Source: Anthoceros angustus
Lineage: Eukaryota > Plantae > Anthocerotophyta
NCBI GenBank assembly: GCA_010909165.1
Contig: VJWM01000108.1
Span: 186,001 to 250,000 of the forward strand
DNA length: 64,000 nucleotides
Direction: 5' to 3'
Shown here piece after piece: positions 24,131-36,259 of the stretch (positions are counted from its first letter, which is position 1; the number at the start of each line of letters is the position of its first letter). The notes under the pieces were generated by a model. It ran no database searches and was not told the origin of the DNA. It saw only the letters and a list, made by a program, of their open reading frames with translations. A program made the translations under genes and the position numbers.

Positions 24131-25079
24131 AATTTTGGGTCCACGGTTAGAAGAGAGGCAGATGCCTCCTAATTCTGTTCATATTAGTTAGGTTTCATTT
24201 TTCTTTTTTTTCTTTTTCTCATCAAGAGATTACTGACGGGAAGACAGCAACGAGAAGTTGCCAGTTGAGAAGCGGGCGGACAAGACGGCAGTCCCCCGAC
24301 TGGACGGACGGAATGAAGAAAAACCGGACCTAAGGACAGGTCCAACGGCTAGTCAGGACAGGAGGGCCGGACAGGGGGGTCGGAAAGTTTACGCGCGAGG
24401 AGATAGGTTCGCTGAAGTCCGAACCTGGGGTGCCGAGGGTTGGTACCACGCCTAGGGGCGGCGGCGCCTGGCTGAACATGCAGCAGAGTAAACTTCTACT
24501 CGGTGAAGGGCCAGCATAAGGAGATTTTCGCTGGTTTGGAGCAGGCCGAGAGGCGACAGGCAGCACGCAAGATGAAGGAGAGGCGCAACAGCAGCAAGAA
24601 GGGAGCGCATGCAAGACATATATAGCAAAATTGTCCTTGGCGCTCGGAGGAGGAAAATCGGACACTGTCGTGGGCCTTTGGCGAGTTTGGACGGTGAAGG
24701 CAGGCAGGCGGTTTAGGCTGCGGATGGCGCGGGACCCCTTGTGCATGTCCTTCGGATTTTTCTTACTCGGCCTTTGGCAAATTGGAGAACAGCTGAAATT
24801 TCTTTCCTTGGCCTTTGGTGGTTGAGGAATTGCTAACGTTTGCTAACGGAAAAAAGAGTCCTTAGCCTTCGGACAGTGAGGGTTTTGTCCTTGGCCTTTG
24901 GGGTTTGGAAAATCCCCCATCACACTATATAAGGAAGTAGTCGGACAGCGATCAGTTCATTTGAGGTGGTAGGAATGGCTGGAGGACGAAGCGACAGGAG
25001 CTGTCTGCCAAAAAATGGGTCTGAAGAAACACTTAGCCGAATTTTGGAGGAGAATCGGTAATCGTGGCCACCGAGGAAA

Positions 25080-25682
25080 ATGATGCATCGCATCTTTGGT
25101 CGTCGGAAGCAACGCTTCCAGGCTGACTATGCTTGGCAACAGGGGATACTGGAAGCATGGAAGAGAGATGCAGCCGAGAATGTTACCTTACAGCTCCGTT
25201 TGAGTGAGGTGACACTCGAGAGGGATGCTTTGCGTAGCAAGTCAGCCTCAGGAGAATGGCCTGAGGAATTTGATGAGATTTGTTTGAAGGGCCAGGAGAT
25301 GCAGGTCCACCTACATGCCAGGGTCAACAAGCTCGCCAAGGAGATGCGCTCCTTGTTGACAAGGAAGTTGCCGGGTCCCCATGATGACGACAGGGAGATT
25401 TTGGAGGAATTGCGACCCTCAGCTTCGGAGATTCAAGACTTGGAGAGTGAAATGGATGCAGAAGGCTCAGTTTGGGAGGAGCCAGCGGAGGAGGAGGTTT
25501 CCAGCCAGCCGGTAGGGTTGGTGGGGGTGTCTGGCGGCGGGACAGGATTTGCACCAACACCCAACCGCCTTGAAGTAATTGCGGCGGCGGCAGTACAGAT
25601 TACTCTGAGAGGCGGTGCCTGCAAGAGCGCCACAAGAGGCGGCGTTCGGCCGTCAGCCCCGGCATCGGCGAGGCGGGCGTGA
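25080..25682 (+). other. Orphan 200-aa ORF (coiled-coil then acidic), probably a TE accessory ORF
   Basis: Open frame with heptad-like LQLRLSEVTLERDAL and LHARVNKLAKEMRSLL, and TATATAA at 24926. No recognised domain. Confidence 0.35.
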
Positions 25683-26352
25683 AGGCTCTGTCAGCGGCGG
25701 GAGAGAGAGAAGAGAGATGCAGTCCCAGCGAAGAGGAGGAAGGCGGTGGCGGGGCGTATACCAGCGCCAAAGTAGGAAAATAGTTGGTAGGGGAGTGAAG
25801 GGGTCATCAAGACCCATGGGGGGTTAGTGGGATTGTTAGGAAGGTAGGTTAAGAACCTTTTAAGAGGCCACCTACTTAAAAACCGTAAGCAAACCCCACC
25901 TACCCCCCCAGACTTAATTAATGCTAGGGTTTGGGGGAGTTCCTATAAGAGGGGGAGGAACTCGCATAATGAAATGTCATGCCTTGCTCTCCTGACCTGT
26001 GTGTGCTTGTTTGCTATGCAAGCGTGTGTGCCGACCGTGTGAGGGTGCATGGTGTCTGGTAGGGTCTTGAGGTGCGGTGACCAGGACAAGGGCTAGGCCC
26101 AAGCCTTTCTTTGTTGAGGTAGTAGCTGGGGAGTGTTCGAGCGGTGAGGGAGCGGCGTTGTGGTTGCAGCGACGGTGCGTCAGGCTGGTGAAGGGAGGTC
26201 CCTAGTAAATTCCAGCGCGCGAGAGGTCGGCTGTAGCCAAATGTCTGGCCTAGGACCGTGAGGGCATTGCCCTATGATCTGAGGCAGCTGGTGGGGGGCC
26301 AGGAGGGCGCCCAGGGTTGATAATTAGCTAGGAAGAGTGGAAGAGGTAGATT

Positions 26353-26502
26353 AGAGAAGAGAGGAGAAGAGAGGAGAGAAGAGAGAAAAGAGAGAAGAGA
26401 GAAGAGAGAAGAGAGAAGAGAGAAGAGAGAAGAGAGAAGAGAGAAGAGAGAAGAGAGAAGAGAGAAGAGAGAAGAGAGAAGAGAGAAGAGAGAAGAGAGA
26501 AG
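26353..26502. repeat. (AAGAGAG)n heptamer microsatellite, left half
   Basis: 7-bp period, continuing after the LTR at 40122. Confidence 0.96.
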
Positions 26503-26664
26503 TGACAATATTGCTTAGAGAGAACAACAAACTTGAATAATAAAATAATTATGGTAATGATTACAAAGAGTTGGTCTTAAATACTAAACCCTAAGTAATG
26601 TATTTAACCCTAGTTTAAGTAACCCAGTGACCGTGGTTACTATAATAAACTATGGAGTTTAACA
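26503..26664 (-). repeat. 3' LTR of copia copy D
   Basis: TGACAATATTG...GAGTTTAACA, adjacent to the PPT. Confidence 0.95.
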
Positions 26665-26809
26665 CACCCCCTTAACCACGACGCTGGTTACACTAAGGAC
26701 GTAGACGAAAAAACGAAGATGGCCGAAGTAGGAAACGAGCTGAGTGTTGAACGATTATGTGTGCAATAAGCTTCATCCGTCCAGCACCCGGCGCCTCCAC
26801 CTGCAACTC

Positions 26810-28172
26810 AAGGCAAGTAGGAAGAATACTCTACCAGGCCCATTGCCTCCATGTGGAAGACATGCTTGTTTGTCGGTAAGCTCTTTGTAAGCACATCAGC
26901 GGTGTTCAACTCTGTTGATATATACTCGATCTTGATCACCTTGCGCTCCACAGAATGTCAAACAAAATGATGGTGAATTTCTATGTGTTTGGTGCGCGCG
27001 TGAAACCGAGGATTCCCTACCAACGCTATAGTTGACATGTTGTCACAGAAAATGGTTGTAGGAATAGCCTGTGGAAAATTCAAACCAGCGAGGAAAGTCC
27101 GCTCCCATTCGGCCTCCTTGGCTGAATCCGTAAGAGCCTTATATTCGGCCTCGGTGGATGAGAGAGCAATGGATGTCTGCTTCTTCGAACTCCAATTAAC
27201 AGCTGTACCAGATAGGAGGAAGTAGTATGCAGAGATGCTCTTACGTTGATCCGGTCAGTTGCCCAATCCGCATCAGCATATCCCGCCAAGGTGAGGTCAT
27301 TGTCTTGCCCTTGAAAGCAGAGTCCAAAAGTAGAAGTCCCTTTTAGATATCTTAAAATCCGTTTAATAGCCATCCAGTGTTCTTGGCCAGGATTCTCCAG
27401 ATATTGTGAAACTGCACTCACGGAATGCTGGATGTCAGGTCGTGTCCAGCAGCTGATATAGTTGAGGCAGCCCACAGCATGCCGATAGGGAATCTGGCTC
27501 ATGGCTTCTCGATCATCATCATCCTGAGGACACTGAAGAGTAGAAAGCTTAACACCAACACATCCAGGAGTACTAACTGGCTTAGCATCCTGAAGATTAA
27601 AACGCCGAAGTGTCTCTTCGATGTACTTGGTTTGATGAAGAACCAAAGTACGCGTTTCCCTGTTTCTAAGAAGCTGTATGCCTAGAACAAAAGTGAGAGG
27701 GCCAATATCTTTCATATCATACTGTTTATGAAGCATGCCCTTAACCCAATCGAACAGCTCTCGATTATTTGACGCCAGGATGGCATCATCTACATAAAGA
27801 GCTAAAATAACCAGGTAACCACCCTTTGTGTAGACGTACACATTAGCATCTGCTGGGTTCTGCAGGAAACCTATAGAGCGAAGATACTTGTCTATGCATT
27901 TGTACCACTCATGGGCACTCTGTTTGAGCCCGTACAGGGTCTTCTTAAGCTTACATACCCAATCTGGGTGCTCAGGATCCACGAAACCCTCGGGCTGATC
28001 CATATAAATGTCTTCCTCCAACTCGCCATAGAGGAAAGCTGTGGAGACATCCATTTGTTCAGATCCCAATCCCTAGCAGCCAAGGCTAACAGCATCCGGA
28101 TAGATTGAGTCTTCACAACCGGGCTAAAAGTTTCGTTAAAATCAACACCTGCTACTTGAGAAAATCCACGAG
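26810..28172 (-). mobile_element. Copia RT-RNase H of copy D
   Basis: RGFSQVAGVDFNETFSPVV, QMDVSTAFLYG, LKKTLYGLKQS, LYVDDAIL, YADADWA, SSKKQ..IALSSTEAEY and ADVLTK. Confidence 0.95.
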
Positions 28173-28430
28173 CACTACAAGAATCGCAGGTGTTTTACAA
28201 CGCATTTTACAACGTAATTTACAACCTCACGTTGTAAAAGCAGGCATTACGTTGTAAACCCGGCTTAACTAGGTTGTAAAAATCCGACGTGGCGGGCAAG
28301 GTTGCCGTCCAGACGCGTGGCGCCACGTCACCTAACCGGACGGGTAAGGTGTCCGGGTGGCGTTTCCGTCATTTACAACGTTCGGCTCGTTTACAACCTA
28401 AATGACAACGCCATTTACAACGTGGTTGCT
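28173..28430 (+). mobile_element. Second CACTA terminus with subterminal TTTACAAC repeats, inserted in the copia RT
   Basis: CACTACAAGAATC at 28173 interrupts the (V)ARGFSQ codons. Many TTTACAAC/GTTGTAAA motifs follow. Confidence 0.88.
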
Positions 28431-28449
28431 ACTTCCTTCAAAGGAGCTG

Positions 28450-29410
28450 GGTCGGGCGGGACCTCTCGTACCGGTGCGGGCATCATGACCTCCTTCTTTT
28501 CCACCCTCCGTCTGACTACGGGCTTCTTCTTCTTTATTTTCCCGCGGGGTTCTTCTTCTTCCATGACCTCCTCAGATTCTTCCTCGGAGTCCTCTTCCTC
28601 TTCTTCCGACGCTGCCTCGGTCTCATCATCCTCCTCGTCCGAGGGTTCCTCATCTTCGGAGTCCGACCCCCGTTTCTTCTTTTTCTTCTTTCCTCCTGGA
28701 GAGTCCTCGGCCGTCGTTGGTGCATCGATTCTTCATAGTTCTCCGCCCGGACCGCCTTGCTCACATCTTTCTGAGCGGCCGTGCATGTAGCCATGGGCTT
28801 GGATAAGCCAGTGCGAATACGTCTGCATGCATGGTAGTGTGAGTGGGTGTCTTGGTCCAGCAGTTCGATGTCGATCCCAACTTCTCCGTCTTCCTCGCTT
28901 GATTCTCGAGTTTGGACAAGACATAGCCTTCTTGATCGATTAGCGGAATCTTTCTAAGAAGGCATCCTTCAATCTTGAAGGTTGCGGTGCGTTACGGCGG
29001 TCGGTATTTCCTCCGATACCAGGCAGCTGTACGGGACCCCTTGGAGCAATTTGAATGATTGCGTCCAAGACCTTCTCAGTTGAAGTTTGCGAGACACAAA
29101 ATCCTCCACGAAGGTTTGACGTCTCTCTCCTTCTTACCTCCAAAGAGAATCGCTTGCTTGGTCGGCGTTATGCCATCGCCGCGATTGGTAAGGGATGAGG
29201 AACCGCCCACCGCTGACTTGGTCTGCGTCCTCCTCTCGATCAAACAACTCCACCACACTTACATTGGCTGGTGTCCTCGCCCCGAGCTCGTCGTCTCTCA
29301 CGTGCTGCGCTCGGGCGCTCAGGCGATCTGGCGTCCGACTCTCTCGGTAACTCTTCCTTAACTACCTCCGTCCTCCACGCATCCGCAGCTGGAGCGATTT
29401 CATTCCCAAG
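28450..29410 (-). mobile_element. Ty3/gypsy gag (frameshifted) downstream of the PBS
   Basis: LFGGKKERDVKP, SRLKDAFLERFR and LSKLEN resemble the retrotransposon gag domain. It starts just after the TGGCGC PBS at ~29410-29415. Confidence 0.65.
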
Positions 29411-29418
29411 CGCCAAAA

Positions 29419-30132
29419 TGTGCGCGACTTTCGTGATAGCGGTAGCGCGCACAATCCGTGTCGTTGTAGGAAGAAGTCCGTTCCCAAAGGGAATGATAGG
29501 CTCCGTTTACGCGTTTGGTGATTCCTACCGTCCTTAGCGCTCGTTCGGCCTCAACACACATACTCTAACTACTCACAGCGTTCACCGTCTGAGGCCGGTA
29601 TGGCCAAGCGTTTAAGGACCGTTCGGCGTCCGTATCGTTCACATCCGTCACTCACACATCCAGTCCTTTCCTCTCTCCCCTCACGCTACACTCCTCGGTC
29701 TTAGAAAAAGCCGGGTTACGATCAGGACCTCCTCGTCGTTCATGCGGGCCTCTCGTCCAGCTCTGCCGCCCTCCGGAGTTCCTCGGCTCACGTTCGGTCC
29801 GTTCGGTCTTGGGGCGCGGCTCCGGGCGAGCAGTCACCGATCACCCACTGCACACACCACAACGCGTTGGGTCGTCACGGGACCACAGTCAATCTCCCGG
29901 GGATGCGTGCACCTTTCGGTGACTCGGGACTCACGTTAGCAGAAGACACACAAAGGTGCGCAGCAGCATCAACACCAAGAGAAGATGATTTATTGAGGCC
30001 TTAGCCCTCTTATACTCGAAGGTGGCGCCTTTATTACACCTCTATTACGGTGAGGCCATTTCGGGGTACCTAACCGACCGCCTACTACCACCTATTCACC
30101 TATCGCCGTCGGTGGTGTGGGATAGCCCCTCA
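29419..30132 (-). repeat. Gypsy LTR copy 1 (~714 bp)
   Basis: TG...CA termini, purine tract AAGAAGGAA immediately upstream on the minus strand, PBS immediately downstream. Matches 31831-32526 apart from small indels. Confidence 0.8.
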
Positions 30133-31830
30133 TTCCTTCTTGGCACCGGCCCAAAGCCGAGCTCCGGGGTCACAAGCACCCAATCGGATGATCGCGGAGG
30201 CCCTTCCTCTTCAGTGCAGCCGAGGCTGCGCCACCGTGGCGGCGACAGCAGCGATCTCACCAAGTCCTCCTCGTCCTCCCTCTTCTCTCTCGGCGGGCCC
30301 TGCATGGGCCCTCAAGGTTGGATCTGCTGGGGTTGGTGGTGGCTCTCCCCACTCCCAGTTTGGACCTCGGGACCTGTCTCGACTCAGGGTCCGGACCTCT
30401 AGGTCCGGTCTTCCTCGAGTCCGGACCTCGGGACCCCTTCCTCGGGTCCGGACCTCGGGGCCGGACTCGTCTCGTCACAGATCCCTAGTCGGACTTCCTT
30501 GAGGCGGACCTCGATCGGCCTTTCCTCAGTCCGGACAAAGTCAGGACCCTCGCTCTGGGCATGCCTCCTCGCCGGGCTAGCCAGGTTCATCCAGAGCCCT
30601 CCCTTGGTTCCCGAATGCCGGTTGCCCCTTTCCTTCAAGATCCTCCTCGTCCTTCCATGCGAGGTCTTGAGGCTTACCTCGGTGTGGCGCCCTTCCTCCT
30701 CCGGTTCCTCCCGCTGCTCTCCTTGCTGCTGCCGTCGTCAAGCAGCGCTCCTAGGACTCCAGCGGTTGTCTTGTCCCGGGTCCGTCCTCCTCGCTCCTCC
30801 TTCCATCCAGAGTCCACCCTCCTGCTGGGGTGGCGCGGGACCTCCAGGCCTTGAGGAGCTCTGCGTGGTAGGCGGTCGGAATCGACTTTGAATCGCCTCC
30901 TCCACATGAGCCGGGCACCGGTACTCCCTCCTCAGGTGCTCGTGGCAGGCGGATCGCCCACTTTCTTTGTCTCGTGGCCAAGCTTACCACCGAGGCGGGC
31001 GGACTCCCTTGAGGCCGTCAAGGCTGCCTCCGTTACCTCTTGCAACCTTGCTGCTCGGCGTTCTCCTCCTCCGTTGTTGCTTGACTCCGATTTCTGCGGG
31101 CCATGGGTGAGCTCCTACCTTCACCTGGCCGGACGAGCGGCATGCCTTTCCTCAGTGCCTTCCTCCCTTCTTCTATTCTTTCCGGAGGTCCTCCACTTCC
31201 TTCTCCAGGCGGGCGGTATCCCGTCAGGCTCACGGCTTCCGCGTCTGCTGCGCAACCTTGGCGTCGAACTCCTTGCCGCGCTGTTCTCCTCCGTCTTCAA
31301 GCGGGCTGGGCGTTCCACCTCTCGCTCGAAGTCTTGGATTCTCTCGTTGAGAACCCCTGCTGCTCCGTCGTCTTGGGTTGCAACTCCAAAGTGTCCTTGT
31401 TGTCCTCCGGCTCCTGCGCCCTTCTACCTCCTGCGGTGCACCACAGGGTCCCCAATCTCCCGGGTGCTGGCCTCCGCCTCCTCACGGCTCGGCGTGCTTG
31501 CTCCACTTGCTCGGCCTTGGATTGTGGCTCTCGGCCGCCTCTCTCCACCGGCCCGATCACGCCGATAGTGATCGCGATCGGCCTTCCGTGGCCTCCGCCT
31601 CCTTGGCCACCTTCACCGAGCCTCTCCTCCTCGCGGGCCTCTCCGTCCGGCTCAGACGCCTCCCGAGTTCCTCCGGGTCCGTCCTCCTCGCCTCGAGCTC
31701 GTCGTCTCTCACGTGCTGCGCTCGGGCGCTCAGGCGATCTGGCGTCCGACTCTCGGTAACTCTTCCTTAACTACCTCCGTCCTCCACGCATCCACGCTGC
31801 GGGCGATTTCATTCCCGACAGGCGCCAAAA

Positions 31831-32526
31831 TGTGGCGCGACTTTCGTGATGGCCGGTAGCATCCGTGTCGTTGTAGGAAGAAGTCCGTTCCCAAGGGAAT
31901 GATAGGCTCCGTTTACCGCGTTTCAGGTGATTCCTACCGTCCTTAGCGCTCGTTCAGCCTCAACACACACACATACTCCTAACTACTCACAGCGTTCACC
32001 GTACAGGCCCGGTATGGCCAAACGTTTAAGGACCCGTTCGCGTCCGTATCGTTCACATCCGTCCCTCACACATCCAGTCCTTTCCTCTCTCCCCTCACGC
32101 TACACTCCTCAGTCTTAGAAAAGGCCGGGTTACGATCCGGACCTCCTCCGTTCGCGGGCCTCTCGTCCGGGCTCTGCGCCCTCCGGAGTTCCTCGGCTCA
32201 CGTTCGGTCCGTTCGGTGCGCGGCTCCGGGCGAGCCGTCAGTCACCCTTCACACCACAACGCGTTAGGTCCGTCACGGGACCACAGTCAATCTCCCGGGC
32301 CGTGCACCTTTCGGTGACTCGGGACTCACGTTAGCAAGAAGACACACAAAGGTGCGCAGCGGCATCAACACCAAGAGATGATTTATTGAGGCCTTGGCCC
32401 TCTTATACTCGCCGAAGGTCGGTGCCTTTATTACACCTCTATTACGGTGAGGCCCATTTCGGGGTACCTAACCGCCTACTACCACCTATTCACCTATCGC
32501 CGTCGGTGGTGGGTGGGATAGCCTCA
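31831..32526 (-). repeat. Gypsy LTR copy 2 (~696 bp)
   Basis: Same termini and PPT as copy 1. The PBS TGGCGCCTGTCGGGAAT resembles the tRNA-Asp-type PBS of Athila-like elements. Confidence 0.8.
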
Positions 32527-35500
32527 TTCCTTCTTGGCACCGGCCCAAAGCCACATTGCAGGCGCAATCGGATGATCCAGGACCCTTCCTCTTCAGTGCA
32601 GCCGGTGCGCCACGGCGGCGGCGACAGCGATCACCACCAAGTCCTCCTCGTCCTCCCTCTTCTCTCTCGGCGGGCCCCTGCGCGATGGGCCCTCAAGGGT
32701 TGGATCTGCTGGGGTTGGTGATGGCTCTCCCCACTCCCGAGTTTGGACCTCGGGACCTGTCTACTCGAGTCCGGACCTCTAGGTCAGTCTTCCTCGGGGT
32801 GGGGCCTCCTGGACCCAACCCTTCCACAGGGTCGGACCTCGGGGCCGGACTCGTCACTGAGTCTGGATCCCTAAGTCCGGACTTCCTTGAGGCGGACCTC
32901 GGGGTCGGCCTTTCCTCAGTCGGACAAAGTCAGGACCCTCGACTCTGGGCATGCCTCCTCGCGGGCTAGCCAGGTTCATCCAGAGCCCTCCTTGGTTCCC
33001 GAATGCCGGTTGCCCCTTTCCTTCAAGATCCTCCTCGTCCTTCCATGCGAGTCAGACTTACCTCGGTGTGGCGACCCTTCCTCCTCCCGGTTCCTCCCGC
33101 TGCTCTCCTTCGCCGCTGCTGCTGCCGTCGTCAAACAGCGCTCCTAGGACTCCCGCGGTTGTGCTGTCCCCGGGTCCGTCCTCCCTCGCTCCTCCTTCCG
33201 TCCCTTCTGGAAGTCCACCCTCCTGCCTAGGGTGGCGCAGGACCTCCAGAGCCTTGAGGAGCTCTGCGTGGTAGTAGGCGAAGTCGGAATCGACTTGCTG
33301 AATCGCCTCCTCCACATGAGCCCGGAGCACCCGGTACTCCCTCCTCCAGAGGTGCTCGTGGCAGGCGGATCGCCCCTGGCTTTGTCTCGTGGCCAAGCTC
33401 ACCGGTATGGGCGGGCGGACTCCCTTGAGGCCGTCAAGGCTGCCTCAGTTACCTCTTGCAACCTTGGCTGCTTTCGGCGTTCTCCTCCTCCGTTGTTGCT
33501 TGACTCACTTGGTTGCGGGCCATGGAGGTGAGCTCCTCCTTCACCTGGCCGGACGAGCTGTACCTTTCCTCCGGTGCCTTCCTCCCTTCTTCTATTCTTT
33601 CCGGAGGTCCTCCACTTCCTTCTCCAGGCGGTATCCCGTCAGGCTCACGGCTTCCGCCACGTCCTGCGCTGCAACGGCGTCGAACTCCTTGCCGCCTGTT
33701 CTCCTCCGTCTTCAAGCGGGCTGGGCGTTCCACCTCTCGCTCGAAGTCTTGGATTCTCGTTGAGAACCCCTGCTCCGTCGTCTTGGGTTGCAACTCCAAA
33801 GGTGTCCTTGTTGTCCTCCGCCTCCTCCTTCCTCCTTCTTACCTCCTGCGGTGCACCACAGGGTCCCCAATCTCCCGGGTGCTGGCCTCAGCGCCTCCTC
33901 ACGGCTCGGCGTGCTTGCTCCATGACCACTTGCTCGGCCTTGATTGGCGGCTCTCGGCCGCCTCTCTCCACCGGTTCCGATCACGCGATAGTGATCGCGA
34001 TCGGCCTTCCGTGGCCTCCGCCTCCTTGGCCACCTTCACCGAGCCTCTCGGCAGCTCTGGTCGGTCAGCCTCGCGAGATCCGCGCCCGTTCGCTTGCGCC
34101 GGGCGTCCTCTTCTGCGCTCGCCCCTCTGCTGAGGTCCTCCGCCCGCTTGGGCCTCCTTGGCTGCTTGTTCCTCGGTGAAGGAATTTAGTCCGGTCCTTG
34201 CGGATGGACGGACCTCCCTCTCCGCCTCCGGCGTTTTCCTTCCTCAATCCTGCCGAGCTTGGCCTTCCTTCTCGCCTCCTGGGCTCCCTCCATGCTCTGG
34301 AGGAGCACCATGCGCCTCGGGTGGCTTCCACCTCCACAGGCCTTCTCGGCCATCCCTTGAGACCCAGGCATACCGTCCATGGTAGCAGGACCACCGTGTT
34401 TCCTCCACGGCGGCTGGTGAGGCTCCCACAAAGTCCGTTGCGGGGCGGCATCTCCGTCCGTCAGGACCTCCATACCTTGATCCGGAGCAAGTCGGTGGGT
34501 TCTCGGACAATCGGGACCCTTAGGTCACGAGTCTTTGACTCGCTTCCCCTCCTTGGCCCTTTTGGCGCGAGCTCCTTCTCGCCCTTTTCTCACAGGGCTC
34601 GGCGGAGGTGATGGAGTCAGGAGCACGCCCTTTGCCCCTTCACATCGGCGGGACCCGGCTCTGGATCTTTGCGCGGTGTCCTCCTCCACAGGCGGCGTCC
34701 CTTCGCCCTCCTTCCTTCCTCCGCTTCTTGCCACTCCGTCGGCGGGGAAGAATCTTGCCGGCCCAGGGTGCAGCGTTGGTAGCCGTGGTCTTGCGTTCTT
34801 GGCTCTCTCACAGTCGGCGGGGCTCCTCGGTAGGAGTGATGGCGGTGGCGCTTGGGGCAGGCTTCTGTGGTGGTGATTACGGTTGGGGCACGGAAGGAGG
34901 AGGCGGGGTGCTTCCCATACTTCCACAGGTGGTGAGGGGTCCGTTCAGGGCGTATGGAGTCAGGAATCCTCGTCATCCTCCTCCGTCCGTTTGGTTTTGT
35001 CGGCCTCCTCCCTCGGCCCTTGCCGCTCCACTTGGGAGGGCCTCCGGTCCTTCCGGGCGCTCGCTCAAGCTCTCCTTCCGAGGAGTTGAAATGCCCCATA
35101 CATGGATCGGTATGGGGCGGAATGGCGGGGCTTCGCCCCGAGCTTGCGAGCTTCACAGCTAAGCCGGCGAAGATAATCCTTCCCAGTCCGCCCTCTTCCC
35201 CGGCTGCGCGTGCGGGAACACTAATAGATTATCACCAAGGTGATCCACCTTGGTGAGTAGGTTCCGATGGGCGATGATCCGGGCCACCGCCTCGGCCATC
35301 AGCAGGTCGGATATCGACCATTGGTGGTCGTTCGTCGAGCCTTAGCATTGTGCTGGACCTATCTTCCCTTCGCCTTGAGGGGCTCGGCACCCTCCCCTCT
35401 TCCTCCTTGGGGCGGTTGTAGGCCGCCTTGGGACCTCAAGGTCCATCGCCTTGGGTCCTCGGAGGTTCTTGGACCGCACCTCCTTGTTGACCCTTGTCCG

Positions 35501-36259
35501 GGCAAACTCCGGACGGTGTTGTTGTCAAAGGTCGGACCATTTGGAACACGTCCAAATGCCACTCCTGCACCAATTCCCGCTTCACGGGCGAGCCCAAAGT
35601 CCGGATAGCGCGGGTCACAATGTTCGCTCCACAAGGTTCCATGGCTCCCAAACTTCGCGGGCTTTTGGGTGCCATCGCCTTCTTCTCCCTTGGTTCTTTG
35701 CCGCTTGTCGAAGGCTGGCAGCGCGTTGAGCCTCCTTCGCGTTCGCTTCTCGAGCCTCAGCGGTGAGCGCGCGTCAGTGTCCCGAGATACCGCGAGAGCG
35801 GTGCGGGGCGCAAATCGGTGTCTCGAGGCGCGGTAAATGACCTTCTTCGCGACCACGCCGGAGTAACCGGGCGGGCGCCTCTTCCACATCCGTGGCGCCA
35901 GTGCATGGCTTACTGCGGCGCTACGGCTGCCCGCGTACTGCGGCCTTGCGCGCGCGTGAATACACCGCTATAACGGCCTCAGCAGAGTTACAGTCTGACC
36001 CGCATGCCGTCCTCCACTCAGTCGTCCACGTGGCGTCGCCCGTCAGTCTACGCTCCAACTTCTAAGTTACCTTCACGGCGTACTTATCACCTTTGGTCAC
36101 AGGTGGGTCGGTCTTACCCGTCGCACCGCCGTAGGTCTAAATCGTTCCTCACTCGGTCGAGTATACTCCGGAGTGCCGTCCGGAGTGCTAACCGGGCTTA
36201 TTTCCTCCTTTTTCGCCTCGTTCTATCCTTCGCTCCCACACAAAAACAAAATCCTACCT

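Larger units (their letters stand above)
28450..35900 (-). mobile_element. Tandem array of a non-chromovirus Ty3/gypsy element (INT end, 3' extra ORF, LTR, deleted unit, LTR, gag)
   Basis: 30133-31626 duplicates 32527-~34040. Two LTR+PBS junctions. An integrase C-terminus-like segment lies at ~35900-35240 and an Arg/Glu-rich frameshifted ORF at ~35160-33000. Confidence 0.7.

Noticed and set aside
26272-26508. SLLSSLF-repeat ORF (also the tail of 40116-40796)
   Set aside because: It is the reverse translation of (AAGAGAG)n.
26580-26612. AAACCCTA telo-box-like motifs in the copia D LTR
   Set aside because: Only one or two short matches in AT-rich DNA, not a telomeric array.
18554-28430. A single 10-kb CACTA element bounded by the two TIRs
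   Set aside because: Both TIRs have the same orientation, and no TAGTG right end or 3-bp TSD was found.
29260-34080. The 2.4-kb repeat as a pure misassembly
   Set aside because: The copies have different internal junctions (31626 vs ~34040; 29270 vs 31690) that align with LTR/PBS boundaries. An artefact is not fully excluded without reads.
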